DNA of 64,000 nucleotides from Lama guanicoe (taxonomy: Eukaryota): NCBI GenBank assembly GCA_013239625.1, contig MU053881.1, positions 4,857,957-4,921,956 on the forward strand, given 5' to 3'. This document shows, in pieces, positions 51,157 to 64,000 of this stretch (position 1 is its first letter; each line of letters begins with the position of its first letter). The position numbers and the translations under genes are program-made. A model generated the notes under the pieces. That model was not told where the DNA came from. It made no database searches and saw only the letters and a list, made by a program, of their open reading frames with translations.

Positions 51157-52243
51157 CTGGTTCAGAGAAGGTGTCACTGATATCATCATCCTTGTCATCT
51201 TCATAATCCTCTTCCTCTTCTTCCTCCTCCTCGTTTTCAGAAAGTTCGTGCTCGCTGCCAAACCCTTCGTCATGGTCCTCATCATCAACGTCCTCCTCGT
51301 CCTCCTCGTCTTCTTCAGGACTGCATTTGGTCGGCTGTTCACCCAGGTTGTCGGAGACAAAAAGGGAGTAATTGTGCTCTTCTTTTTTCTGGGATGAATC
51401 TGAGACCGATGTGCTGGCAGAAAGGCTGCTACTTTCTCCTGCTGCAATTGACCCAGGCCCCTCCTGGGGCAGGGGGCTGAGTAATAGTTCCTGGGTTTCT
51501 TTAAAAGGCAAAGCTGGAGTGGCATGGCCCTGCAAAGGCTCCGTCCCTTTCTTCTCCGGTCTCTTGGCTACAACGCCACAGTAGCAGGTATTCTCCTTCG
51601 CTGCGTCCGCGGGAACCTGGCTCAGAAGGGGCCGGCTCTGCGGCACTGGGTTGATCTTTACTTTTGCCTTTTTCACATAGTCTTTACATTCAACATGAAA
51701 GTTCACTTTTTCATTATGATACATGTTGGTCTTCACCATGATTTGTGTGCTTGAAGTGGGTTTACTTGCTTTTTGGACACAGTCTGACAAAGGGACCTCA
51801 GCCTGAAGAGTCTTAGAAGAACACACAGGGGCAGCTGCTCTGCTTGCGAGCTTTTTACCAGGGAATGAAGAGGGCAAGGGATTTTGTTTGACACTGAAAA
51901 GTGAATCGGGGTAGTAAAGGGAGTCAGAAACAGACTGAGAGTCCTCACTATTAAGCTGGGCCAAAGTTGGGGTTTTACTTATGACCTCTTCATCTTGGTA
52001 AGGGCTAGAAAAGTCATCAAGGCCCAAGTAATCCACTTCTTTTGTTCCCCAGATGTCACAGCTGGTTAGTTTGGTGTACTTTGTTAAGTCTTCACAGTAT
52101 GTATCCCACTGTTCCCAGTTTGAGGTTAAAGCACCCTCATTATCCAAGACATCTGTGAAAGACTCCAGATTTTCAATGTCTTTGCAGTCCTCCAAAGAAA
52201 GGAAGTTGTCTCTAGGATTCTGTTGGTAGTTCATCTCTCTATC
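51157..52243 (-). CDS. CREBRF: CREBRF exon 4, DREMNYQQ...acidic tract...SDTFSEP(G)
   Basis: 1087 nt, CAG acceptor and GTATTG donor; ORF 50957..52270. Confidence 0.97.
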
Positions 52244-53691
52244 CTGAGAAAGGTTGAAAAAAATAATCACAGACCATACTTTGGGAAAGAATTATTTACC
52301 TCCATCCTCACTTCCATATATCAAATTGATACATCAGTACTCAACCTCTGGTCTGTTTTATTTTAAGATAAAGACTACTTACATGACACTCTACCATTCC
52401 ATTTAATATCATTTACTCGGGCAGGGGGGGAAAAAAGAGGGAAAATACGTCCCCTGAGCAGCTTAGGTACAGTCAAGGGCTCTTGAACTTCACTATAAAC
52501 ACTCCGCCTGAAAAAAGTTTACATTTCCTGACCTTTGAAAGATTTGAGAATCTTCTTAGAAACAAGATTCACTTATACAGCAGATAATGAAGACCTTATC
52601 TTCCTCACAGAAGAATCTGTCTTCTTAAGTGAAAACTTAAATGTAGAGGTAAGGAGCAATCCAAAGAGAGGTAGAACGCAGCCACAGAAAGATAAGATCT
52701 TTGGTAAGACCTGTAACAACTCTCGGGCATGGGGAATAAAACACTCCTCATGAGCATGACACACCTCGTGAGGAGAGGTATGATTTTTAAAACATCAGTA
52801 GGATTACGCAGCCATTAAAAAGAATGCAGTTAAGCTGTAATGTACTAAGATGAAAGGCTGCTTACCATGTTTTTACGTTAAAAAGATTAAAGTTACAGAA
52901 TACTGTATCTATGATATGTCATCCAAGTTAAAATATTCATAGAAAAACTCTTGTTAGTGGTAATTACTTTTGGGGAGAAGGTTTGGTGGGTGGAGGCTCA
53001 GCAAGGAAATGAGAAAATTTTCAGTTTTCCAGTTTGTTTTCGTTCTGTTTTGGTTTTTCTATTTGTTTGTTTGAGGGGGTTTGTTTTGTTTTTGCTTGTG
53101 TACGTCTCTGTGTTTTGACAGCTTTACTGAAGTTTGGTTTACCCACCACAAAATTCATCTATATTAAGTGTACAATTCAATAATTTTTCGTAAATTAGCA
53201 GATTTGTGTTAGTTTCCCAGTTTTTATACACTTCAGTGTTGCTTAAGTTGTACGTAATTAAATTTATTTAAAAAGTGTTTTTCTTAGGAATCTTAAGTAT
53301 CTATTTACCTCAAGAAAAAATGATATGTATATTCAGATACTGCTTGGAATTGCTATTTTTGTCTCACAGTCTCTGTGTCATATGACTTGCTCAATATTAT
53401 CATTCCTAAATAATCCCAGCTGAAAAATCCTTTAGCAATTAGGCATATTAAAAAGACAGCTTCCCATCCTCATTATCAAAAACTGGACTTAAGGATATTT
53501 AGGTAACCCTTCCTCTTACTATTTTCATTGGGTTCATACATACTTCTAAAGTACTAAGCTGATAGTGACAAGAATAAAATTTGACCTAAATACATCCTTT
53601 TTTCTTTTCAGGTATTTATAAATAAAGAAACTATACCACAATGTTTTTGCCCAAAATCAATTAAAGTAGAATCCAAGAAAATGTTACTTAC

Positions 53692-53817
53692 CAGTTCATA
53701 CATGAAATCTGGATCTGAACTGTTTGCTAAGAGATCTGTGCTCATCAGAGTCTGTTCTGAAAAGGTGTGGCTTCGAAAGGCATCCCCAAAAGGCGGATCC
53801 ATTCCGCTTACACTAGG
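53692..53817 (-). CDS. CREBRF: CREBRF exon 3, PSVSGMDPPFGDAFRSHTFSEQTLMSTDLLANSSDPDFMYEL
   Basis: 126 nt, TAG acceptor, GTAAGT donor; ORF 53608..53802. Confidence 0.96.
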
Positions 53818-55310
53818 CTACAACAGAGTGATTTTAATTTGGGGAAGTTAGAGATTGCTTCAGGATCAATTTATTACACGTAAGCCCCACAACCACACCA
53901 ACTCTAAACAATTATTTTCAGAACGATTTTGTTTTCTCCTTCTTTTTAGTACCTTTAAAATATTTAACTAATGTTAAACTATGGACTTATGTTAGAAAAA
54001 TAACGAAATGCACTAAAAATAGGAAAAGGAATAGAGCGACAATTGTTAAATAATCTCACTTCTAAAAACTAGAGCTTATTTATCCACCAGAGCAGCACAC
54101 AGTACCTAAGGAGTGCTTTTACTTATTAGCTATATAACATTTCTTCAAATCCATCTCTGTCAATACTCTCTGTTCTAACTCCATAGAGTGCAGAATCCCC
54201 TGCCATTTCCTGGGGTCTGCAGAGGTAGCAAGACAGTCTTACTCTATACTCCTAAAAGAGTTCAGTGTCTTATTTCCCAAAACAAGTGGAAGACAATTTG
54301 GGCATCCCTAGTCCAACAAATGCCTCCAGGAACGAGAAGCATGCAAATATCTAACACTCTCCTGGGTGAGACCAGTAACTTGGGCATGAACCCAGTAGCC
54401 TGAGTCTTGATCCCTGAAAAGGGTACAATTTCTATGATAAAAAAGAAAGGGGAAAAAAAGACTCGGCACCCAAAGTTAACGCTCCTTCTTTTCTCTTCAT
54501 GCCCCACTTCCTTTTCAGTATTGATACAAATCATTCCAGAGTGAAGTTGGGCTAAGACTCCTAAACTGGCCCAAACAAGTCAAAGTCCTCACTTTGCAAT
54601 CTAACTTGGACAAAGGAAGAAGACGCGAAAGAATAAAAATTCCCTCTTTGCCTTTATGTTCTTCTTTTGCAAGTTTCCATCAAAACTTTAAAAATTTTAT
54701 GAGTCTACTTCCTTACATTGCTCTATTCATATACCTCCCAGCCACCACAGACTGACCTTTTCACACACTCTTTTACCAGATTTTCCTTTATTGGTACTTC
54801 CCATCTCATTCTTTTCTTTCTCTAATTTTCTGCAAATTCAAGTATTCAATAAATAGTAAATAAAACCTTGAATGGGAAAGAACTCAAAATGGGTATCTGT
54901 AGTCGACTTAGTACAGAGGTAGGGGGGAGGCAAGCCACTGATCTTTTTAATATCAGTGAGCAAATCCCCTTTCTTTGCCTCTGCTGCCCACTTCTGAGCA
55001 TGTGGACCATCTCAGCAAGTCACTGATTTCCTGTGTTCAAGGCATAGTTCTGCCTGGCCTCAGATAAAGTCCCCTTTAGAGTCCCTGCCCTCTCATTATT
55101 TCTAGGTCCTTCCCCAGCACAAAAAGGGGAGGGATAAGTGCTAACCAATGGAGGGGGAAGGGAAGAAGTTTGGATGTGCAGAGTAGGGACTAACAGGACT
55201 TCATTTATTGTTTCAGGGATTGCCTCAAACCAGAACTGATCAATTCAAAGTAGTTACCATAATATAAACAGATATAGTCATTTTTAGACATGTTTTGTAG
55301 GAGGTGTATA

Positions 55311-55355
55311 CGTGTGTGTGTGTACGTGTGTGTGTGTATGAAAGAGAGAGAGAGA
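55311..55355. repeat. Compound (GT)n/(GA)n microsatellite
   Basis: Direct reading. Confidence 0.8.
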
Positions 55356-55759
55356 CTGAAGCCCCTCACCATTTCTTCTTAACTGAATTCAGTGGGCGTA
55401 AATGGAAAAGAACAATGGGGAAACAGGAAGAAGAGAGAGAAATGGGCTCTCTGTGGCACATTCATTTTCAGGGCAGTTGGTTTAGCCCCATAAAGCCAGC
55501 ACATCTGCCGACCTTCTAACCAACTTTTCCTTCACATTGTTCCCTGTGTCAAGCTCGTTAAATTTCAAAGCTGTAGCAAAGGAAGAAATAAAAACGAAAG
55601 GAAGGACATGTATTCAAAACTAGCTGAGATCACAGGCAAACGTCTTTTAAAAGATAGTGTATCAGGTTGTGTTAAGATTCAGAGAGCTTACAGAACCAAT
55701 GGTACTGACTTTCTGCAGTGGAAAAATATAAAACTTTGCACCTACTCTGTATCATTTAC

Positions 55760-55768
55760 CTGAGGCAT
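55760..55768 (-). CDS. CREBRF: CREBRF exon 2 coding part, MPQ (exon probably 55760-55969 including 5'UTR)
   Basis: GAAATGCCTCAG|GTAAAT; TTTGACAG acceptor at 55971-55970; joins exon 3 to give MPQPSVSGMDPP. Confidence 0.9.
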
Positions 55769-56711
55769 TTCCAAGCCCAGATCCTGTGAGTCCGATCCCA
55801 AACTTCTTTTTTTTCTTGTTTGTAAATTCCTTTCCAGCTTTACTTTTAATTTCAAGATCAAAGATGATTTTCACAATAAACAACAGGTTTCCCAGAATGC
55901 CTTCAATTCAACTGCTTGGATCACTGCGGGTTGTTTTTTGTTTTTTCTTTTTACTAATTCTGTGTGAATCTGTCAAACAACACAAAGTAACTTCACTGAG
56001 CACCACTATAAACAAGTTGACCTTTCAAAAATGACATTAACAAAGAACACTTTAAAGGAGTAAGTACTGTGGTTGTAACATCAAGAATGTAAGAGAACCA
56101 ACTATTCTGAAATTCACCATCTCTCCCTATATTTGTACCTACAATAAGGTTGGTCAATAACCAATTGGCAACACTGAAAAAAAAAAAACTGACAAGATTA
56201 ACATTGACCCATCTTTCCTGTGATGTAAAGATGTATTATACTTAACGTTAAAATCAAGCTCTAATTTTACATAAGAAACATGACTCAACAATTCCATCTA
56301 TTGTATAATCAATACTGCTAAGTGAATATACATTTTATATACCTCAAAAATCTACAAGAAGAGAAACGAAAACATAATCAACAACAGAATGTAACATATC
56401 CTCCACATGAAATAAAATCACATTTGTAAAGGTATACACAACAATATTCTTTGAGCTATAACTGAAAGCTGTCCTTGAAGTAAGAATTCTTCCAGCAAGA
56501 TTTTAACATGTGTATGTTGAGGGGGGAAACAAGGATAAGGACTACTTTGCAGGGTGGTTTCAAGGGTTAAATTAAACAATGATTGCAAACATGTGGCACA
56601 GTGTCTAGACTGATGTAGAAACTGACATGCTAGTTCCCCTTCCCTCCTCTGTGAACACCTGAATCAAGAAGAACTAAACAGATATACCCATTTCATCATC
56701 TCTTCCTAGAT

Positions 56712-56898
56712 TAGTGGTCCTCAAAGTGCGATCCCAGGACCAGCAGCACCAGCATCAACCTAGAAATTTGTCAGAAGTGCAGTTCTTGGGCTCCTGCCTT
56801 CACCGACTAAAGCAGAAACTCTGGGAGTGGGCCCAGTAATGTGTTTTAACAAGCCCTCGGGGTGTTTCTGATCCTCCCTAAAATTTGAGAACCTCTGC
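56712..56898. mobile_element. MER5A hAT-Charlie MITE
   Basis: AGTGGTCCTCAAAGTG...GACCAGCAGCACCAGCATC...GAAACTCTGGGAGTGGGCCCAG...TTTGAGAACCTCTG; TIRs and ~190 bp length fit MER5A. Confidence 0.8.
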
Positions 56899-59800
56899 TT
56901 TAAACTGAACTCCTTGCTCTCATTCAGTCTAGATGCAGCATTATTTCTTTGATTGATGTAAAGAGCCAATTCAAGCTGAGCTGCCTCTGTAGCTAACATA
57001 TATATATTCTCTGGGCTAGAGAGTTAGAGTGGTACATTATATTGATTTCAGAGACCTCTTGCTGAACAAATAAGAGATAGTCAACAAGGACTCAGTAACT
57101 GTTCTAGTCAATTAGATTAAAAAATTGACTCTTCTTTGCATTTTCCACATCTTTGCTGGGCTCTTCCATATGGTGGGCTGTCATTCCCAGCACACTGTTC
57201 TAGCCTAGAAAACACCCTCAAGTGCCCAGCCTGGGCCTAGAAACAATGAACTATGCGTCTCGATCCTGTGCTACAGGTTAAGTGGGTTGATTCTTGCTCC
57301 TGGCAAAGGCCAGTTCTGGCTCAGTACCTCAGCTTCATGCCTGGGACCTACCCCTGATACGTAGTCTCAGTCCTAACTCTTCATTTGATTTCTATGAGAA
57401 ACAAAGTCAGCTGTCTTTTCCAGACCTCTTACTTAGACCCACCCCCAAAAGCATATTATTCAAGTGATGCATTCAACAAAGTGGACCAGTGTCATCCTGG
57501 TCTTTAACCTGGTCTATAACCTGGATCTGGGAGAAAAGTTTGATACTCTCTAAAATCTGAAACTTACCCTTTCTAGCAACAGGGTTGAAGACCCAAGAAG
57601 GTGGTTGAGTTCTGTTCAACATTCATTTATTGGCATCTACTGCAGACACCGCGTATCAACAGCTTGGTTTATCACGGAAACACTGGACAAAAAAGGCTAA
57701 GCTCTAGTCCCAGCTCTCATTTACAAACTATACAACACTGAGAAGGTCCATCTTTCTAAGACTCATTTTTCTCATCTCTAGAAAGAAAACGATACTACTC
57801 CTTCCTGGCTACCAAATTTTCTAAGCCATAAAACTTCCATACAAATACAAATATATTTGTTTAAAACGTTATTTAAATACTTGGCATCAAAACAAACTTG
57901 TCAATGCAGTTAGCAAAAAAGAGCACTTGTTGGGGAGAAAGGAGACCTGGATTCCAGTCTTCAATTCATAATTAAAACTAAACAGCCTTAAGAATCAGAG
58001 CAAGTTAATTAAACGTATGCCCAGCCCTCAGACTGAAGAATTGTAATTATTCTCCCTTAACTATGTAATAGAGATGTTATGAGAATTGAATGAGATATTA
58101 AATTAGGATTCAGTAATAAAATAAACCTGAAAGGTGATCATTATCAGTAGGTATATTCTTCCAATGTTTTCTTTTGTCCCACAGCTAGTGTAGCTCAGAA
58201 ACTCAACATCTGTGACAGCTGCTGGCAGCAAGGTTGAATATTTTAAAGATACCAATTCCCAAAGACAGGGCATCCACCACGTGCAGGGTTGAGCTCGTCC
58301 CCCTGGGACAAAGGCCCTTAGTTGCTTCTCCAGCCTCTCAGGTAGCAGCAAACAGGGCCGGGAGAGGGCTGATTCTACCACAAGCAGTAGGACCTCTTTT
58401 CAATGATAAATACACTCACCCAGTCTCTACAACTAATGACTCAAGGTCATGACACCAACTACCCTCATCCCCAACATTTTGCACCCATTTTCCAGAAATG
58501 CTTGGTACTGTTCCAAACATTTATTGTGAAACAACCAAGAAGAGCAAAATTCCCCACCAAAAAGTGGAAGGAAAAAAAATAGAATAAGGACTTCTGTGGC
58601 AATTACCATTACATAGACTCTTCCATGACACACTGCTCCCAAACCACCTCCTGCACCAGGGAGCTGTGCGCACTAATGCTCCGCTGGCTGAGGAACACTG
58701 AGGAGGAAGGTTTAACAGCTTGGTTTTCGGGATGCCTTCACACTTCCGTGGGCTCAAGAATATCTGTATTTTACTCAAAGTTTTGATATTAAAGTAGATA
58801 AAAAGCAGTGATCTAATTTCCTAGTGTGTGGCCTGAGGAATGTCTGCTCCTGGGAATGTTAAATGGTTACTCAACCAAAGGGCTGTGAGATCAGGAAAAC
58901 ACCACATTAAACCAAACTGTTATAATGCTGCTGTCACACAGGACTTCTTGGGAACTTTCAGATGCCAGGTGCCAATGTTCATTATAAATCACCAAAGTGA
59001 ACGGAACACATGCCATTTTTCAAACTTATTTGATCATAAAATCCTCCACTCTGCCCTCAAGCTGACCTCAAGGACTGGCGTTTATTTGGAAAGCGAAACA
59101 ACAATAGCCGCCACAGCTCGCGGAGAGGCTGCGTCTGCTCCCCCAGTCACTCCTTACTCACGGCGCGGGCTCACCGCTCCCAGGACGGTCCTGTGACTCT
59201 TTCAAGGGAGAGAAGACTGTGGCCCATCAGAAATAATAATCACTGACAGCTTTTCTGTACCTGGGCCCATTCAGAACTATTCAGCAGCAGCTCGTAGGCT
59301 CAGGAAGATGCCCCAGTAACACAGAACTGGTTCTCTGAAGCAAGGGGACGGACATACGACTGATTTTTATCAGCAGCAATGGGACCACGTGAAGACAGCT
59401 ACCGCTTCAATCCCTTTCACAGCCCTTTCCACCAGGTCCTACCCCAGGCTTTTTTGGTTCTCCGTCTGAAAATATGTTGGGGCTTACAATGCACATTAGG
59501 CAAGGCAAAAGGTAAAGATGATAGGTAAGGTCAAAGGACTCCTCACAGAAGCTCATCCCGTGGACTGCTCAAACCATGAATCCAAACTTTAAAAGCCAAA
59601 CCCAAGGGCTGACTGGTGTGGCGCAGGCAGCTCACACACATCCAGGAGCTCCTAAATTGTACCCCTTCTGAGTCTGAGGATTTCAGCTGATCCCTCAGAG
59701 TCCACGTACAAAAAAAAAAGTTGACATCAAGAAAAATATAAACCACTTTATAAGTGAAAATGTCTCATGAGTAAGTAGACGCTGTACACGATGGCTGGCA

Positions 59801-59939
59801 CCTCTGCAGCTCCCCTCTGTGTGGCACTGGCTCATGCCACTGCTCCCTTTCACTATCTTAAGGAAACTGGTTCCTCACAATGGTAAACAGCACTTCTGAG
59901 TCATCCAACATTCATCAGAGTAGATGTTAAAAAAAATTC

Positions 59940-60660
59940 TGACACACCCGACAGGATGGCTATCATCCAAATAACGGAAAATAACAAGTGTTGGCGAGGA
60001 TATGGAAAAATCGGAAACCCTGGGCATTTCTGGTGGGAATATAAAATGTTACCGCTGAGAAACAGTTTAGCAGTTTCTCAGAAAGTTAAACATAGAATTA
60101 TCATATGACTTAGCAATTCCACTTTCAGATATATACCAAAAGAATCAAAAGCAGAGGCTCAAACAGATACGTGTACACCCATGTTCAAAGTAGCATTATT
60201 CACAATAGCCAGAAAGTGGAAACAACTCTAGTGGCCACAGATAAATGAAAGGATAAACAAAATGTGGCATATACATACAATGAAACATTATTCAGTCATA
60301 AAAAGGAATGAAATTCTGATACATGCTACAACACGGATGAACCTTGAAAATACTATGGTATGCTACGTGAAATAAACCAGACACAAAAGATAATTTACTA
60401 TATGATTCTACTCACATGAATATAAGAATAGGAATAGGAAATTCATGGAGACAAGAGTTAGAACAGAGGTTAGCAGAGGCTGAGAGTTATTATTTACTAG
60501 GTTCAGAGCTTCTGTTTGGGGTGATGAAAATATTCTGGATAAAGACAGTGGTGATGGTTACACAAAACTGTCAATGTACTTAATGCCATTGCATTGTATG
60601 CTTAATATGGTTTAAGTGGCAAAATTTGTTTATTTTACCATAAAGAACATTTTTTTCAAA
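59940..60660 (+). mobile_element. L1 3' end (L1MB-like)
   Basis: GGATGGCTATCATCC...AACAAGTGTTGGCGAGGAT...GGTGATGGTTACACAA. Confidence 0.8.
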
Positions 60661-62199
60661 AAATGTTTGCATTAAGAAAGGCCAACACATTTATACTGTT
60701 ACATAATTCATGTATCATGGTTTATTTTGATCTTTCCTAATCTTTGCTAGTTCATGTTCATCATTTATTTCATGTAGGCAGAGTTCTTGGGTTCTTTCTC
60801 TGTAGGTGGCAACTGGTTTGACCCCTAGTTTAAATAATTCATTTCTTCTGAGGTTTAATCCCCAAAGATGAAAGAAAGGGAAGAGAGGGGAGGAAGGAGG
60901 GAGGGACAGTCACACATTCCATCCAAACTGCTATACTTCAAATGTCCCACTCAACAATTCCTTTCCTTCTGAAAACTACTTAATAAGAGTTGCACAAAGC
61001 AGTCCTTCAAATGCTTACTAAATCCAGCCACTACCTGTTCCATGTTACAGCGGAAATCAGAGATCCTTGAATCTCCACACCATTGAGGAAGCAGAGGCTA
61101 ACTATACAAGAACACAATGGATGGAGGGAAGGTAGGGCCATGTTCTCCCTTTCATCATGTAACATAAATCCTGTGAACATGACTGCAGATGAACTGCCAT
61201 TCTCTACCCTTCAACAGCAGTTCTCTAGACTCCAAAATATGGAAAACAGGCAAATAAATTTCAAACTAAATGGTTATCCTAGTATGATGTTAATCCAGTC
61301 TGGATAAGATCCTTCTGCCATGACACCTTGTGAACTCTTTATTCCTGGGTCAACACAAGAGTCTCCTTTTATCCTTATGTTCAGAGTTTAAAACATAAAA
61401 GGTAAATTAGATTGGCCACATAATTTAAATTAAATGAAACAATTTAAGCCACACTGAGGAGCTAAGAAACTACTAAATCTCAAAAATGATCTCTCCTTGG
61501 AAAGCTATCTTAGAGGAGGGCACAAGACCTCTCAAGAGAATTTCATTTGATTCCTTTTCAAAGGCTTTGGCCCAATGTTAATCTTTGGGCTACAGAGCCA
61601 ACACACGGGAGCTTAGTTAAACTCCTTTGGGAGCCGATAAGAAAGACCATCAAAGCAGGTTTCTGAATCAGTGCGAGGTGAATGGGAAGAGGTTTTATTT
61701 CTGCCAACCATTGACTATAAGATACCAGGGCTTTCTGCAGTCTTGACGCCTGCCAGTGAAGAAGTTCAGAGCAAGAATAAGAGCATGGGACAGTTTTAGA
61801 TAGAACCAAAAAAATGCATTTCTAACCCTAGCCACTCTTGATTACCACTGGCAACAAATATTGTTTATATTTGGTGTAACTGTTTACAGATTACAAAGCA
61901 CATTGCTATACCATGTCATTTAATAAAACAATTTGGTAAAGTGTTAGTATTAGCATTATTACTATCCCCTACCCTCTGTCCAACCACTTTTATATTAATT
62001 TAAAAAGTTCAGCAAGGATGAGAGTTGTCCAAGGTCTCTTAGTAAATGAATGCCTCTGTGTAAACCTATCATCAGAGAGACCATCTCTGCTCTCACTGCC
62101 TCAAAGATCATCTCAAAAGGACTCCCAAATCTCATGTTCATCCTAAACACGTCAGTGCACCATCCCTGCCACCTGAGATCAAGGTATTCCCATGTTCAT

Positions 62200-62940
62200 T
62201 CCCTTTCCATGACCTCAGACATGACATGCCACCTCTTCACCCAAACTCTCCTATTCTGTTTACAGTACCATCACTCTCAGACATCTAGCATGTAAGACTC
62301 ATCTCAGCCTTGACTCCTTTCTTCCTCTTCCCCATTTGCTTTGTTATTAAATCATGCAAGTCTCTTTATCAAAGATATGACAACTTACCTTGTATACAGC
62401 ATGCATATACCTGTCTTGACTTTGACTTCCCACTTCCTCAGCCCTTGCTTGGGCCTCACCATTCTACATTTATCACTCCAATATCTGCTCTACAGACCGT
62501 CCTGTCTCCAGTCTGTCCCCCTCTCCAGTTCTAGTGCCTATTATAAAGTTATTCTCCCTAATCACCACATCATATCAGCACTATGGTTCATAAGTTTTAA
62601 AATACTCAAACACAAGGAAGACTATCTTTCCAATCCCATCTTCCATTACTCCTTGACAAACAAAACATCAGTATTAGTTTGATTTTACAATTTCCCCCAG
62701 ACCTTTGAGGTCCTTACAGTCCCACTTCACTCCACTAAGGATCTCCAGCAGTAAGACTGGCTTTTCATGCCTTTGTTCACAAGGTTTTCCTTTTCCTCCT
62801 CCCAACCCCTTGCCTCTAGTACCACAGACTGTACAATCTTTGGGAACGACCATTCTATCTCATGTCTATTTCACTACAGTGCCAAAAGCAGCACTTTGCC
62901 CAGCACAGACATGCAGACAAGAGGTGACTGACAACAAATA
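62200..62940. mobile_element. L2 fragments
   Basis: C/T-rich L2-like sequence ending GCCCAGCACAGAC...; boundaries uncertain. Confidence 0.4.
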
Positions 62941-64000
62941 AGAAATTCCCAAAGACCACAGGTCCTTCTGGATAAGGAGTCAGAGTCAGATGTGCGATGT
63001 TCTTTATAAAGAGGACATTACAAAGAAGTCAGTCATTCAATATATATTTATTATCTTTTACGTGCTCCAAAGTAGCTTGTAGGAGCTTGTGAATTTGAGT
63101 CTTGAAGCACTGTAGTATAGTATAATAAAAATATTTAAAATTGTACTCCTGAATTTTCTTTTAAATTTCTTGGAAGAGTGCTGTTCAAATTTCAGTCAAT
63201 TTGAAAGACCTGAAATAATTTTTGTCTAGTGAGGAGAGCATAGAGGAAAGGGTAAGATTAAAATTTGTTTAAACTAATTGAATTGAGGCACTGGACTGAT
63301 ACATGTTCCAGTATTCTCTCTTTTGCTCTCACATATTTCTAATCAAAACAAAATATTGTATGCAGGTTAAACACTGGAGTTTTAAAGAATCATTTTGTTT
63401 TCTGAGCTGATCTGCAGAAATTTACAAAATGTAAAAAGGGAACAGTACAATTAAAGGTAGGAACATAAAAACAAGACGGTGCTGCAGGTGAGAACACACT
63501 TGAGCCATCCAGCAGGATTCCAGGGAAACATTCATCACAGGACACTCTGGACACACCCTGATGACATCAGTGTTCTTGTTATCAGGGATCTGGGTACCTC
63601 CTCAAAATTTATCTTCTCCTCCCTTTTTCCTCAGATTTGGCATTTTTCAAAAGTAGCATAAATACATACTAGAGAAATTTTGAAATTTCCTTCCAATTCC
63701 TTCCTACTGTGTGAAATGGGCTACATATACACCACTGACACAGGACTCCAGAGGTACAGAGGTTATGGTGCAGGCTACAGAGAAGCTGTAAATACAGTTT
63801 GCAGTCATTTCTTTCAACATTGAGAAAGGCGGGCTGCCTCTGACTCCAATGCTCCTAAAAGGCTTGCTCTATGAGAAGCAAACTCTAGATTCAAGATAAA
63901 AGGTTCTGCTTTAAAACTGAATATTTCGCATTTCATTCCAGATTCTCACTTGCCATCTTTTACGTACAAATACTAGAACTCCCCCTTACTTTGCAGGGAT

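Noticed and set aside
55970..64000. CREBRF exon 1 and promoter
   Set aside because: No CpG island or convincing first exon here; it probably lies beyond the window.
1..64000. CRISPR arrays, operons or prokaryotic defence systems
   Set aside because: The sequence is mammalian, with spliceosomal introns and LINE/SINE repeats; no repeat-spacer array was seen.

Overview
Mammalian genomic DNA, probably a camelid (inferred from four copies of a short tRNA-derived SINE resembling the camelid Vic-1 type). Two spliced genes lie in tandem on the minus strand. CREBRF coding exons 2-9 span 55768 to 28195 and splice to 639 aa, followed by a ~5.6 kb 3'UTR; exon 1 is not identified and probably lies beyond the right edge. 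BNIP1/SEC20 has 6 coding exons from 17908 to 5385 (228 aa) and a CpG-island promoter at ~17.3-18.2 kb. All internal junctions are GT-AG and reconstruct intact ORFs. The last CREBRF intron holds a processed OGG1 retrocopy (29896-31254, + strand, antisense to the host) with 12-bp target-site duplications. It has an early frameshift and stop, then a new ATG opening 298 codons that keep catalytic K249/D268. Other points of interest: a likely dead orthologue of the human BNIP1 alternative exon (donor GT>AT), a candidate bZIP-less CREBRF isoform from intronic polyadenylation, a MEF2/GATA/NKX motif cluster downstream of BNIP1, and adjacent kappaB and CACGTG elements in the BNIP1 promoter. The rest is mostly L1, L2, MIR, LTR and hAT remnants. 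Homology and repeat-family calls are from recall of known sequences, not from searches.
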